Source: an uncultured bacterium (GTDB lineage Bacteria > Patescibacteriota > Minisyncoccia > Phycocordibacterales > Phycocordibacteraceae). Taken from it: a stretch of 64,000 bases of DNA. A model generated the notes under the pieces. That model saw only the letters and a program-made list of their open reading frames with translations. It did no database searches and was not told where the DNA came from. This document shows positions 17,284 through 27,905 of this stretch, in pieces. Position 1 is the first letter of the stretch, and every line of letters starts with the position of its first letter. The position numbers and the translations under genes were made by a program. The stretch is taken from the NCBI GenBank assembly GCA_937879955.1, contig CALFMK010000001.1, forward strand, positions 361,853 through 425,852, in the 5' to 3' direction.

Positions 17284-17560
17284 CATCGATATCGGGCTAG
17301 CTTCTATCCGGCTTTTAATAAAGCTGGTGTTGCGCGAGCTAGCCCGATATCGGCACAGGTAGGACGGTCGTTTGTGTCAGGAACAGATGTAGTCTACGAA
17401 TACTCCTTAAAGAAATTCTAAAGTTTAGATAAAGAAAAAATAAAACCACATGGTACGTTCTTACCCTTAAAGAGCCACGGCAGCGTTCACGCACCGATAT
17501 CGGACCGGCTCCAGCAGCTTCCAAAGAAGCAACCGGGGCGCGAGCCGGTCCGATATCGCT
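17284..17560. repeat. two long perfect inverted repeats sharing a CGATATCGG core, flanking an AT-rich stretch, in a 445-bp convergent intergenic spacer
   Basis: IR1 is CGATATCGGGCTAGC...GCTAGCCCGATATCG (15 bp). IR2 is CGATATCGGACCGGCTC...GAGCCGGTCCGATATCG (17 bp). Between them lies AAAGAAATTCTAAAGTTTAGATAAAGAAAAAATAAAA. Confidence 0.7.
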
Positions 17561-17619
17561 TCGCGAACCCGGGCATTCTACGCACCGCACGCTAACGGAA
17601 ACTTAAAGTTTGCATAGCG

Positions 17620-17656
17620 AATAGTTAAGAGCACGGGCCCCATGGACCCGTGCTCT
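17620..17656 (-). terminator. intrinsic terminator for the 17673..18392 gene (GAGCACGGG / CCCGTGCTC hairpin followed by a T-rich tract on the minus strand)
   Basis: 9-bp GC-rich stem immediately 3' of the stop codon, then TTAACTATT on the minus strand. Confidence 0.5.
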
Positions 17657-17672
17657 TACCTGAGAGAACGGA

Positions 17673-18392
17673 TTATGGATTGAACGTGAGGAAGCCGGCG
17701 ACCTTCGCGAGCTCGATCGGAAGCGCGACCGAACCGAGCGCGCCTACGCCCACCTCGTACTTGTCGAAGTAGATCGTCATGACGCCATCATTGATGGACC
17801 AGTCAGAGAGCGAATCGATCGTGAGCTCATCCACGTACTCCGGCGACACGACCATCTCGGTCGCGTCTCCCGGCCGCCAGTCGAGCAGCTGCTGCTTCAC
17901 GAGCGCGACGAACGCATCCTGCTGCTCCGGCCTCACCGCATCCTTGATGCCGAGCACGGTATCGCTTCCCTTCTTCGCGGTGAAGACCTTGTAGAGACTC
18001 ATGCCGTTCGCGCCCCCGGTATAGAGATACTCGGCCATGACGATCGATTCGGTAGCGTCGCCCGCAAGGTACGTGGCCTTGAGGTCGATCGAGTAGTGCG
18101 CGGGCGGCGCATCGTCCCCGAACTGCGCGCGCATCTCGGGCACCTGCTCGTCCGCGGATGCCTTGAACGTCGCGACGGTCTCGTCGACGAACATGCGCGC
18201 CGCGACCGCGACCGCGCTGTCTCCTGTTATCATCGGACGCGTGCCGGTGAAATTCGGCTCCTGGATGTCCTCAGGCACGATCGATACCGGAACGGCTTCC
18301 TTGCCGGGCTTCATGACGACGAAGGACGCGATGCCTACCGCGATGATGATAAGCGTAACGATGCCCAGGATGATCGTGTGAGAGGTTTTCAT
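17673..18392 (-). CDS. membrane-anchored DUF3298/DUF4163 (RsiV-like) domain protein
   Basis: N-terminal TM helix and extracytoplasmic domain. Composition resembles RsiV-type anti-sigma / peptidoglycan-deacetylase-associated domains. Confidence 0.45.
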   Translation of the reverse strand: MKTSHTIILGIVTLIIIAVGIASFVVMKPGKEAVPVSIVPEDIQEPNFTGTRPMITGDSAVAVAARMFVDETVATFKASADEQVPEMRAQFGDDAPPAHYSIDLKATYLAGDATESIVMAEYLYTGGANGMSLYKVFTAKKGSDTVLGIKDAVRPEQQDAFVALVKQQLLDWRPGDATEMVVSPEYVDELTIDSLSDWSINDGVMTIYFDKYEVGVGALGSVALPIELAKVAGFLTFNP

Positions 18393-18718
18393 AGGAATGT
18401 ATGTCTTCTAGCGTACGACTCCTCACGAGAAACGCAACGACACGCGGAACAGAAAGCATGAAAGCCGCCCGATACGGGCGGCTTTCTCTCTAGGAGGAGA
18501 TATGAGGCGAGCTGTTTACGGCTTAGTTGTAAAAAGGTTCCAGCGCGAAGCCGGAAATAAGCCGTAAATAGCTTGTCTCAAACGTCCTGTCAACATAATA
18601 CCCCGAAATGACGCGCGGGGCAATCAGGCCGTACGCTCTAAGGTTATGCACCGTGCCGCCGGACACCTCTATCGTGACCCGCCTATACTTAGAGCATTAT
18701 CTTTAAGGTCCTATCCTC

Positions 18719-18934
18719 ATGAACCACCTGAACACCGCTCCCGGATGCCATTGCAAGCATCATGTCGTACTGCCGATCCTCATCATCTTCTTCGGCATCC
18801 TATTCCTCCTAAACGCGCTCGGCATCGTGAGCGACGGATCCACCGCTCTCACCTGGCCGATCATCGTCATCTTCGGCGGCCTCGCGAAGCTCAGGGCAGG
18901 ACACTGCCGCTGCTACATGAATCCGTCTGCATAG
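18719..18934 (+). CDS. small membrane protein with CHCKHH and CRC motifs
   Basis: 71 aa with one central TM segment. Coding potential is modest. Confidence 0.3.
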   Translation: MNHLNTAPGCHCKHHVVLPILIIFFGILFLLNALGIVSDGSTALTWPIIVIFGGLAKLRAGHCRCYMNPSA

Positions 18935-18988
18935 GACACGGATACGGAGCAGCAAGAAAGCGCCCGCGAGGGCGCTTTCTTTATCGTG

Positions 18989-19059
18989 TTGCGGGGGCCG
19001 GAATCGAACCGGCGTCTGGAGGTTATGAGCCTCCCGAGGTACCTCTCCTCTACCCCGCT
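18989..19059 (-). tRNA. initiator tRNA-Met (anticodon CAT)
   Basis: Acceptor and T-arm are near-identical to E. coli tRNA-fMet (GCGGGG...GGTTCGATTCCGGCCCCCGCAAC). Position 1-72 is unpaired (A.A), and the anticodon loop is CTCATAA. Confidence 0.75.
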
Positions 19060-19098
19060 ATAGGCATATAATACGCCACTTCGCGCCTTTTGCAACTC

Positions 19099-19692
19099 CT
19101 AGATCTCGCCGTGCTCGCGCATCACGACCTCGTACTGCGCGATGGTGCGATGCGCGAGGCGCTCGGTGAGCTGGAAGGCCGATCCGCTATGCGCTATCTC
19201 GTTACGCACCTTGTGCGCCTCCCAAGCATGCTGGAGCGAACGGAACCGTTCCGGATTCACCGCCTTGAGCTTCTCCCCCACCGATTGGCCCGGATATCCG
19301 AGCTGGGACAGGAGGTCGTCGAGCATGATGTCCGCCTCGATGATGGCCTGGCGCCATTCGCTCTCGTTCGGCCCCTCGACGAGCGAACGCACGTGCGCCC
19401 AGCGGCTATGGTCGCGCGCCTCCTCGGCCACATCCGCATGGATCGTCGCGTAGCGCGGCTCCTCGTCCTTGAGCGTCTGGTGGTACCGGAGCACGGCGTT
19501 CACGAACACGATCAGGAGCCCGATGGATACGATGAGGGAGATCGCGGTCGCGAACAGCCACACCTGGCTTGCGAGCTGCAGCAGGTCTCCTTGGAACGAC
19601 ACGCTGCGCGCCTGCACGATCAGCTCGTAGAGGAGCCTGAAGAAGTACTCGACGTTTATGAAATGGACCGCGGGCTCGGATGCGCTCTGCAT
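19099..19692 (-). CDS. membrane-anchored protein with C-terminal HEPN-like Rx4H motif (VRNEIAH)
   Basis: One TM helix (LFATAISLIVSIGLLIVFV), then a helical domain ending in ..AWEAHKVRNEIAHSG. Start set at MQSASEP. Confidence 0.4.
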   Translation of the reverse strand: MQSASEPAVHFINVEYFFRLLYELIVQARSVSFQGDLLQLASQVWLFATAISLIVSIGLLIVFVNAVLRYHQTLKDEEPRYATIHADVAEEARDHSRWAHVRSLVEGPNESEWRQAIIEADIMLDDLLSQLGYPGQSVGEKLKAVNPERFRSLQHAWEAHKVRNEIAHSGSAFQLTERLAHRTIAQYEVVMREHGEI

Positions 19693-19699
19693 CCCTCGA

Positions 19700-21127
19700 T
19701 TATAGCGTCTCTCCGGACACGAGCGCGCCGATTCTGAACAGGAGGTCGTCCGCGCCCAGCGGCGCGGTGAGGTGGATGCCGGTCGGGAGCGAAACGCCAT
19801 CGCGCTCCACATCACCCATCGGGACCGAGATTGCCGGCATGCCGGTCAGGTTCGCCGTCACCGTGAACACGTCCTCGAGGTACATGGAGACCGGATCGGA
19901 CTTCTCCCCGAAGCGGAACGCCGGGGACGGCGTCGTCGGGAACGCGATCACGTCGCAGGACTCGAAGGCAGCATCATACTCTGCGCGGAGCACGCCACGC
20001 GCCTTGTCCGCCTTGCGGTAGTACGCGTCGATGTATCCCGAGGAGAGGACGAACGTGCCGAGCAGGATGCGGCGGACGGTCTCCGACCCGAAGCCCGCCG
20101 TCTTCGACTTCACGTAGTCCTCGAGAAGGGTCGCTCCGCGCTCGGCGAGGCCGTACCGCACGCCGTCGAAGCGCGCAAGGTTCGTGGACGCCTCCGCCGG
20201 CATGATCACGTAGTACACCGGGAGCGCGTAGCCGCTCGTCGGGAGCGACACGTCCACGAGCGTGTGGCCCAGAGCCTCGAGCTTCGCGAGCGTCTCCTCG
20301 AAGCGGGCGAGCACGTCGGCGTCGAGACCCTCCAGGAGGAGGTGGCGCGGCACGCCGATGCGCAGGCGCTCCCTTGCCTCTTTCGGGGCATAGGTATAAG
20401 GCGTGATGGTCGTCGCATCCATGGGATCGGTCCCCTTCATGGCGTCGAACAATATCTTCGCGTCGGCCACCGACTTGGCGAGCGGGCCTGCCTGGTCGAG
20501 GGAAGAGCCGAGCGCGATGAGGCCGGAGCGCGAGATCGCGCCGTAGGTAGGCTTCAGTCCCACGAGTCCGGTATGCGCCGCCGGCTGACGGATCGAACCG
20601 CCCGTGTCCGTACCGAGTCCGGCGATGGCCATATGCGCCGCCACCGCTGCGGCCGAGCCGCCGGACGAGCCGCCTGCGGTGCGCCCCGTATCGATCGGGT
20701 TCTTCGCGGGACCGTACGCGGAATGCTCCGTGGAGGAACCCATGGCGAACTCGTCCATGTTCGCACGTCCGACGAAGAGCGCGCCGGCATCCTTCAGCTT
20801 CTTCGTCACGGTCGCGTCGTAGGTCGCGACATGGTTCGCGAGCATCTTCGAGGCGGCAGAGGCGACATGGCCCTCGACGAGGATATTGTCCTTCATGGCG
20901 AGCGGGATGCCGCAGAGCATAGGCGCGTCTCCGCGGTCGATGCGCTCCTGCGCGGCGATGATAGCCGCGTCATCGGCGTCGAAGAGCTCGAGGTACGCGT
21001 TGAGCTCCGGATTCTTTGCTGCAGCAGCGGACGCGCACGCATCCCAGAGCTCGCGCACGGAGAACTCCTTGGCGCGCAGGCCCTTCGCCGCTTCGGTTAT
21101 GGTGAGCTCGTTCAGGGGCTTAGTCAT
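19700..21127 (-). CDS. gatA: Asp-tRNA(Asn)/Glu-tRNA(Gln) amidotransferase subunit A
   Basis: Amidase signature GGSSGGSAAAVAA and a Ser-cisSer-Lys triad context, with full-length similarity to GatA. Confidence 0.9.
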   Translation of the reverse strand: MTKPLNELTITEAAKGLRAKEFSVRELWDACASAAAAKNPELNAYLELFDADDAAIIAAQERIDRGDAPMLCGIPLAMKDNILVEGHVASAASKMLANHVATYDATVTKKLKDAGALFVGRANMDEFAMGSSTEHSAYGPAKNPIDTGRTAGGSSGGSAAAVAAHMAIAGLGTDTGGSIRQPAAHTGLVGLKPTYGAISRSGLIALGSSLDQAGPLAKSVADAKILFDAMKGTDPMDATTITPYTYAPKEARERLRIGVPRHLLLEGLDADVLARFEETLAKLEALGHTLVDVSLPTSGYALPVYYVIMPAEASTNLARFDGVRYGLAERGATLLEDYVKSKTAGFGSETVRRILLGTFVLSSGYIDAYYRKADKARGVLRAEYDAAFESCDVIAFPTTPSPAFRFGEKSDPVSMYLEDVFTVTANLTGMPAISVPMGDVERDGVSLPTGIHLTAPLGADDLLFRIGALVSGETL

Positions 21128-21422
21128 GGCTGATGATCTTCTTCACGGAGAGGCTGTCGCCCTCCTTCTGCGGGAACTGCGCGACGAGCGCCTTAGTCCA
21201 CGTACCGGACTCGTACTCGCCGCCGTCGGTGCGCAGCACATTATGGAGCGGCGGGACCTCGAGTCCTGCCTCGGGGAGCGTGAGCTCGTCGAGCTTCCCC
21301 ACGTACGCGAGGATGCTGTCGAACTCGGCCGCGAACCGCTCCAGGTCGGCTTCGGGGACATCGACGCGCGCGAGCGCCGCTAAGCGCTTCACGTCCTCGC
21401 TGGTTGCCTTGGCTGTGCTCAT
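21120..21422 (-). CDS. gatC: Asp/Glu-tRNA amidotransferase subunit C
   Basis: About 100 aa, overlapping gatA by 8 bp, with the typical GatC motif DV.RLA.LARV. Confidence 0.8.
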   Translation of the reverse strand: MSTAKATSEDVKRLAALARVDVPEADLERFAAEFDSILAYVGKLDELTLPEAGLEVPPLHNVLRTDGGEYESGTWTKALVAQFPQKEGDSLSVKKIISHD

Positions 21423-21434
21423 AGGAGCAATCTA

Positions 21435-23462
<2,028 letters not shown>

Positions 23463-23485
23463 CTACGTCATCGGGGCGCTCAGGG

Positions 23486-24751
23486 TCAGTAGGAGATGAC
23501 CACGAACCCGCCGCCGCCTGCGCCGCCTGTCTGCGTGCCCGAATAGCCTGCCGCACCGCCGCCGCCTGCGCCGCGCCCGCCCGCACCGCCGTTACCGCCA
23601 TACCAGCCCGCACCGCCACCGCCGGCACCGAATCCTCCTGCGCTGCCGTTCATGTTGTTCGGAGCCGATGATCCAGAACCCGGACCGGTACCCGGTGTGC
23701 CAACCGGCGATCCTGCTGCCGTAAGCGCCGCAAAGAGCCCGCTGACATCTGTCGGCGTTCCTCCGGTCCCGCCAGCAGCGCCACCTGACGCCCCGCTACC
23801 GCCACCTATCGATCCACCGCCACCGCCACCCGTATCCCCGGACGTGCCGGAACCGGAACCTCCAGTTGCACCGCCGTCGCCGCCCGAATATGATCCGCCA
23901 CTTCCTGCAGAGCCGCTATTGTAAGAGCCTCCTGTCCCGCCGTTTCCAGATATCGTCGTACCGCCAACGGTAACGGTCGTATTGCCTCCGGAGGTACCGT
24001 TACTGCTCGAGGAGCCGCCGGCGCCGGTAGCACCGATAGCATAGGAAACCGTACTGCCGCCAGTCACGACGAACGTCCGGTACGACACGCCGCCTGCGCC
24101 GCCTGCGCCGCCCGACGTGCCGTCATTAGCAATCGAACCTGCGCCGCCGCCGCCGCCGCCAACTGCCCACACCTTGATCGAAGTTACGCCCGTCGGCACG
24201 GACCAGCTCGTCCCTGACGTGAGGAGCACACTTCCGCTCGGCACCACGATCGGCGGAATGGCCGTCGTCGAGGCGTCGTAGGTCACCTTGAGCCCGCGCT
24301 CGATGCGTCTCGGGTCCGAGGTACTGCAGGAGTTGTAGCCGGTAGCATAGATGCAGCTGGTCGCCGACGTGCCGCTACAGATGGGACCGTTCGTCTTATA
24401 GACCGTCACGGAACCGCTCACGCCGTTCGCGCAGGGCGTCGAGAACGTCGTCGTGCGAATACCTCCGGAGACGCTCGTCACGGGCGTTATGTCGGTCGCG
24501 GCGCATCTGATCGTAGAGAGCGGAGTCGTGTAGTCGAACGCGTTCTGCTTCTGGTCCCAGTAGAGGGCGCATTCCATGGCGGCGTCGGCGGCATAGAACG
24601 CGTACTGCGACTGGCGGGCGGTCGAGGAGAGCGTCACCTGCTTGTATGAGATATCGAGGAGCGCGAGGCCGATCGAGAGGAGCACCGAAGTGAGCACCAC
24701 GGCGACCAGGAGCGCGAATCCGCGTGTCTGCGTGTTCATGAGGTTCATCAT
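23486..24751 (-). CDS. PilX-like minor pilin with extremely Gly-rich (GGxGG) C-terminal half
   Basis: PilX_N-like hydrophobic N-terminus (TRGFALLVAVVLTSVLLSIGLALL). About 200 aa of Gly/Ser/Thr/Ala low-complexity repeats at the C-terminus. The ORF-track 5' extension is antisense junk. Confidence 0.6.
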   Translation of the reverse strand: MMNLMNTQTRGFALLVAVVLTSVLLSIGLALLDISYKQVTLSSTARQSQYAFYAADAAMECALYWDQKQNAFDYTTPLSTIRCAATDITPVTSVSGGIRTTTFSTPCANGVSGSVTVYKTNGPICSGTSATSCIYATGYNSCSTSDPRRIERGLKVTYDASTTAIPPIVVPSGSVLLTSGTSWSVPTGVTSIKVWAVGGGGGGAGSIANDGTSGGAGGAGGVSYRTFVVTGGSTVSYAIGATGAGGSSSSNGTSGGNTTVTVGGTTISGNGGTGGSYNSGSAGSGGSYSGGDGGATGGSGSGTSGDTGGGGGGSIGGGSGASGGAAGGTGGTPTDVSGLFAALTAAGSPVGTPGTGPGSGSSAPNNMNGSAGGFGAGGGGAGWYGGNGGAGGRGAGGGGAAGYSGTQTGGAGGGGFVVISY

Positions 24752-25284
24752 AGCCAATCGTAGAGGCGTTCGGTTATCACCACGGTGCGCGCCTGCCCGC
24801 GCGAGGTCCAGGCGACCGTGACCGTGAGGACCATCTCCGTAGTGCTTCCCGCCACGGCCGTGAGGCGGACCGTGCGGGTATACGGGGTCGTCGTGCCTGA
24901 TCCTCCCTGCCCATAGAAGCCGGACGCGTCGAGCGTCATGGGCGCGACCGTCCTGCTCACGGTGTTGCGCACGATGTCTACGACGCAGTCCCCCGTTATG
25001 CAGTTCGCGTACGTGGTCGGGTACCCGGCAGTCCCGTCGACGCCCGCGAGCCAGGTCCGCGCGCCCGGGTTCGCGATGTTGTAGAGGTAATTGCTGTCGC
25101 GCATGGCCCGGACGTACTCCACGCCCTCCTGGGCGAGCGAGGACGCGACGAGCTGCTCGCGCGCATTCCTCGATATGTTGAGCGACTGCTGCACCGCGTA
25201 CAAGGGACCCACGATAGCCGTCAGGATCACCGTGATGGCCACGAGCGTCTCTACGAGCGTGAATCCTCTCATCGGTGTCATCAT
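24748..25284 (-). CDS. type IV minor pilin (prepilin-type N-terminal cleavage/methylation domain)
   Basis: Prepilin N-terminus MRG-FTLVETLVAITV, with ATGA overlap to the PilX-like gene. Confidence 0.7.
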   Translation of the reverse strand: MMTPMRGFTLVETLVAITVILTAIVGPLYAVQQSLNISRNAREQLVASSLAQEGVEYVRAMRDSNYLYNIANPGARTWLAGVDGTAGYPTTYANCITGDCVVDIVRNTVSRTVAPMTLDASGFYGQGGSGTTTPYTRTVRLTAVAGSTTEMVLTVTVAWTSRGQARTVVITERLYDWL

Positions 25285-25835
25285 ATCTCGAGATAGCGCT
25301 GGGTCGCGCTCGTCTGCACGGCGAAGTTCGTCGTCTCCCCCGCATCCGTCGTCATGGTGCCCTTCAAGGCGAAGGTCACCTGCGGCTGGATGCGGTCGGT
25401 CGCGCCGACGCCGACCACGTAGAACTTGAGCGAGGTGATCGAGATGCGCGGGTCAGTGAGCGAGACGGCGGTCGCGCTCGTGCACACGCCGCCCGTGCAC
25501 TGACCGATGCTCCCATTGGACTTCAGGAGGTAGGTTACCGTCTGGCCCTGCGCGTCGACGAAGGCGATGCTCGTCCCGCCCGACGAGCAGTTGGGCGACG
25601 AGCTGCTCTGGTTGCACATGTAGGTCGTGCCGGTGCGCATCGAGCGGGCCATGCTCTCCACCGCGAACGCGAGCGTCGCCGAGAGCTGGTTGCTCGCGCG
25701 CGACTGGCGATCGAGGCTGATGAGCGTGAGGTACGCGCCGGTGACGACCACCATCACCATGCTGAAGAGGCCGAGCGATACGATGAGCTCGACCAGGGTA
25801 TATCCGCGCTTCGTCCGTGCGTTCATCATGGGCAT
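25281..25835 (-). CDS. type IV minor pilin
   Basis: Prepilin N-terminus KRG-YTLVELIVSLGLFS, and a Cys-containing C-terminal domain. Confidence 0.7.
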   Translation of the reverse strand: MPMMNARTKRGYTLVELIVSLGLFSMVMVVVTGAYLTLISLDRQSRASNQLSATLAFAVESMARSMRTGTTYMCNQSSSSPNCSSGGTSIAFVDAQGQTVTYLLKSNGSIGQCTGGVCTSATAVSLTDPRISITSLKFYVVGVGATDRIQPQVTFALKGTMTTDAGETTNFAVQTSATQRYLEI

Positions 25836-26524
25836 TCCGTATCTCCCTTAGTATGCACCGAGACCTGCCCGACGCGTGAGACGTAGATGCACCGCTCGAC
25901 CGCGCCGTCGGGCGACTGGACGCGGATGGTCGCGTCCGAGAGCGGGACGCGCACGCCCGCGCGCACGCCCGTCACCACGGACTGCGTATTCGGGCGCTGA
26001 TAGACGATATCGAGCGCATCGAGGTAGTCGTTGCAGCGCAGGGTACCCACGCCCGTCTCGACGCCGCAGAAGCTCTTTATCTTGAACCCGCCGTTGAAGC
26101 TGTACGTGCGCACGATCTCCGAGGCGAGCGTCTGGATGCAGTCTCCCGGCTTCGCCTCAGGGCCCGTGGAGACCGTATGCCCCGGACAGACGGATGCCGT
26201 CTGCACGTTGCCGGCTGCGACCGGCGAGATGTCGGCGAAGAGGCTGTACGCGTTCAGGGTGCCGGACGAGAAATGGACCCCGTACCCCGCGTTCTGTACG
26301 CTGCTGAATACGCGGCTCGAGAGGCCGAGCGACTGCGCCTCGCGCACCAAGAACGCGATCGTATAGGCGGTATCGGTGAGCGTGAGGGAACGGTTGAAGG
26401 AGGTCTGTCCGAGCAGCGCGATGGTCGTGATGATCACCATGATCGACACCACCACGAGCATCTCTACCAGGGTGAACCCTCGGGCAGGCATGGGGCTTAG
26501 AGTGTGAGGAAGAGAGGGTTCCAT
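25826..26524 (-). CDS. type IV minor pilin (GspH/FimT-like)
   Basis: ARG-FTLVEMLVVVSIMVI prepilin N-terminus. An alternative start at 26491 would avoid overlap with pilD. Confidence 0.65.
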   Translation of the reverse strand: MEPSLPHTLSPMPARGFTLVEMLVVVSIMVIITTIALLGQTSFNRSLTLTDTAYTIAFLVREAQSLGLSSRVFSSVQNAGYGVHFSSGTLNAYSLFADISPVAAGNVQTASVCPGHTVSTGPEAKPGDCIQTLASEIVRTYSFNGGFKIKSFCGVETGVGTLRCNDYLDALDIVYQRPNTQSVVTGVRAGVRVPLSDATIRVQSPDGAVERCIYVSRVGQVSVHTKGDTECP

Positions 26525-27255
26525 TGGGTGAAGAACGCGAGGAGGTATCCCGCAGCGAGGAACGGCACGAAGGGCACTTCAATACCCATTCTATGGCCTT
26601 TAGGGGTAGCGGCCAATATCGCTATCCCGACAAGCGCGCCGATCCAGAACGAGAACAGGAGTCCCGGTATGGCGAGCGAGCCGCCGACCAGGATCGAGAG
26701 CGAGAGCGCCACGGGCGCGTCCCCGAGCCCCATGGCACGCCCGCCGGAGAGCGTGTGGAGGAGGAAGAAGCCGAGCGATATCACGCCCGCTACCATGAGC
26801 GCGAGACCGAGCTGCACTCCCCACCCCATAGAGAAGAGCGCATACAGGAACGAGAACGCGAGGAGCAGCGCAGAGGAGGCCATGGGCACTATGGTGTGCC
26901 GGAGGTCGTACATGACAATGAAGGCGAGGACCGTGAACGCGGCGAGGAGCGGCGCGAGCGGAAGCATGAGACCGACCTTTATATACGCGAGCGCGAACGC
27001 GGTCCCGAGCAGGAACTCGCCGAGCGTGTAGAGGAATGGCACCCGCGCATGGCACGTGCGACACCGCCCGCGGAATGCGAGCCAGGAGAGGACCGGTACC
27101 AGATCAGGCGCCGAGAGTTCCCTGTTGCAGGAGTTGCAGTGCGAGCGCCCCTTCGCCCAGGACTGTCCGGTATAGAGGCGTTCAGCAATCACCGCCATGA
27201 AGCTCGCGAGGATGGAGCCGAGCGCGAAGAAGGCGAAGGCGATGAGGTACGTCAT
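26497..27255 (-). CDS. pilD: prepilin peptidase (A24 family) with N-terminal zinc-finger
   Basis: CNSC...CRTC tetracysteine motif, a polytopic membrane domain and catalytic Asp contexts (GLGDAP). Confidence 0.8.
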   Translation of the reverse strand: MTYLIAFAFFALGSILASFMAVIAERLYTGQSWAKGRSHCNSCNRELSAPDLVPVLSWLAFRGRCRTCHARVPFLYTLGEFLLGTAFALAYIKVGLMLPLAPLLAAFTVLAFIVMYDLRHTIVPMASSALLLAFSFLYALFSMGWGVQLGLALMVAGVISLGFFLLHTLSGGRAMGLGDAPVALSLSILVGGSLAIPGLLFSFWIGALVGIAILAATPKGHRMGIEVPFVPFLAAGYLLAFFTQWNPLFLTL

Positions 27256-27337
27256 GAGATCAGTATACCTCGCATACTGAAGGCAAAAGAAAGAATCCGC
27301 CTCAAGGCGGATTCTTTCTTTGAAATCACGAGACTAC

Positions 27338-27817
27338 TTAGTTGCAGTCCTGGTCGCCACTGGCAATCTTGTAGGTTGCCGTAGTAGTAGCGTCTCCGCT
27401 CGAATCAACGCAGTAGAATCCCGACGTCTTAAGAGGGACAGAAGCAGCCCATGCCGTTGCGGTCGCGAAGCAAGTCTCAGCCACGGTGTCATAGGAAGTG
27501 TTGCTACGACCATACGCGGTAATAGCAGCATCAACGCCATCTCCGATGACGTTCACCCCTACCGTGTTGCAGACGCTGGCGTAACTGTTGTTATTGCCGT
27601 CAAAATACAACTCAGCCTCCGCACGAGCATTCGCGAGGTTCGACTTCACTGCTGCGTCCGCGCCGCGATTACGCGCCGTGTTGAGGGACGCGAGCACTAC
27701 TGCCGAAAGGATACCGATAATTGCAATCACGACGAGAAGCTCGATGAGCGTGAAGCCGCGGGAAGTGTTGGGTGACGACATAATATTAGGATTCTTCATG
27801 AACGTACTATACGACAT
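27338..27817 (-). CDS. type IV pilin (major-pilin-like), paralogue 1
   Basis: SRG-FTLIELLVVIAIIGILSAVVLASLNTARNRGADAAVKSNLANARAEAELYF, then a variable Cys-containing C-terminal domain. Confidence 0.8.
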   Translation of the reverse strand: MSYSTFMKNPNIMSSPNTSRGFTLIELLVVIAIIGILSAVVLASLNTARNRGADAAVKSNLANARAEAELYFDGNNNSYASVCNTVGVNVIGDGVDAAITAYGRSNTSYDTVAETCFATATAWAASVPLKTSGFYCVDSSGDATTTATYKIASGDQDCN

Positions 27818-27905
27818 ACTTGCTACCCTTTAGGCAGAGGGTATATGGGGATAACAAAAGCGCCCGTTTCGCGGGCGCTTTTGCAGGTAACAGAATCTGC
27901 AGGGC

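Noticed and set aside
23520-24100. Possible CRISPR-like or tandem DNA repeat suggested by the repetitive GG(C/T)GG(A/C)... sequence
   Set aside because: The repetition is codon-level Gly-rich protein coding (the PilX-like tail) with no regular repeat-spacer periodicity. No CRISPR array or cas genes are present anywhere in the window.
24752-25345. 5' extension of the 23486..25345 ORF (first ~198 codons)
   Set aside because: The extension overlaps the real minor-pilin gene 24748..25284 in another frame and is Arg/His-rich. The genuine PilX-like gene starts at MMNLMN (24751).
26524-27384. 286-aa Glu/Arg-rich plus-strand ORF antisense to pilD
   Set aside because: Extreme ERH low-complexity typical of antisense GC-rich frames. 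pilD on the minus strand has the canonical Zn-finger and membrane domain.
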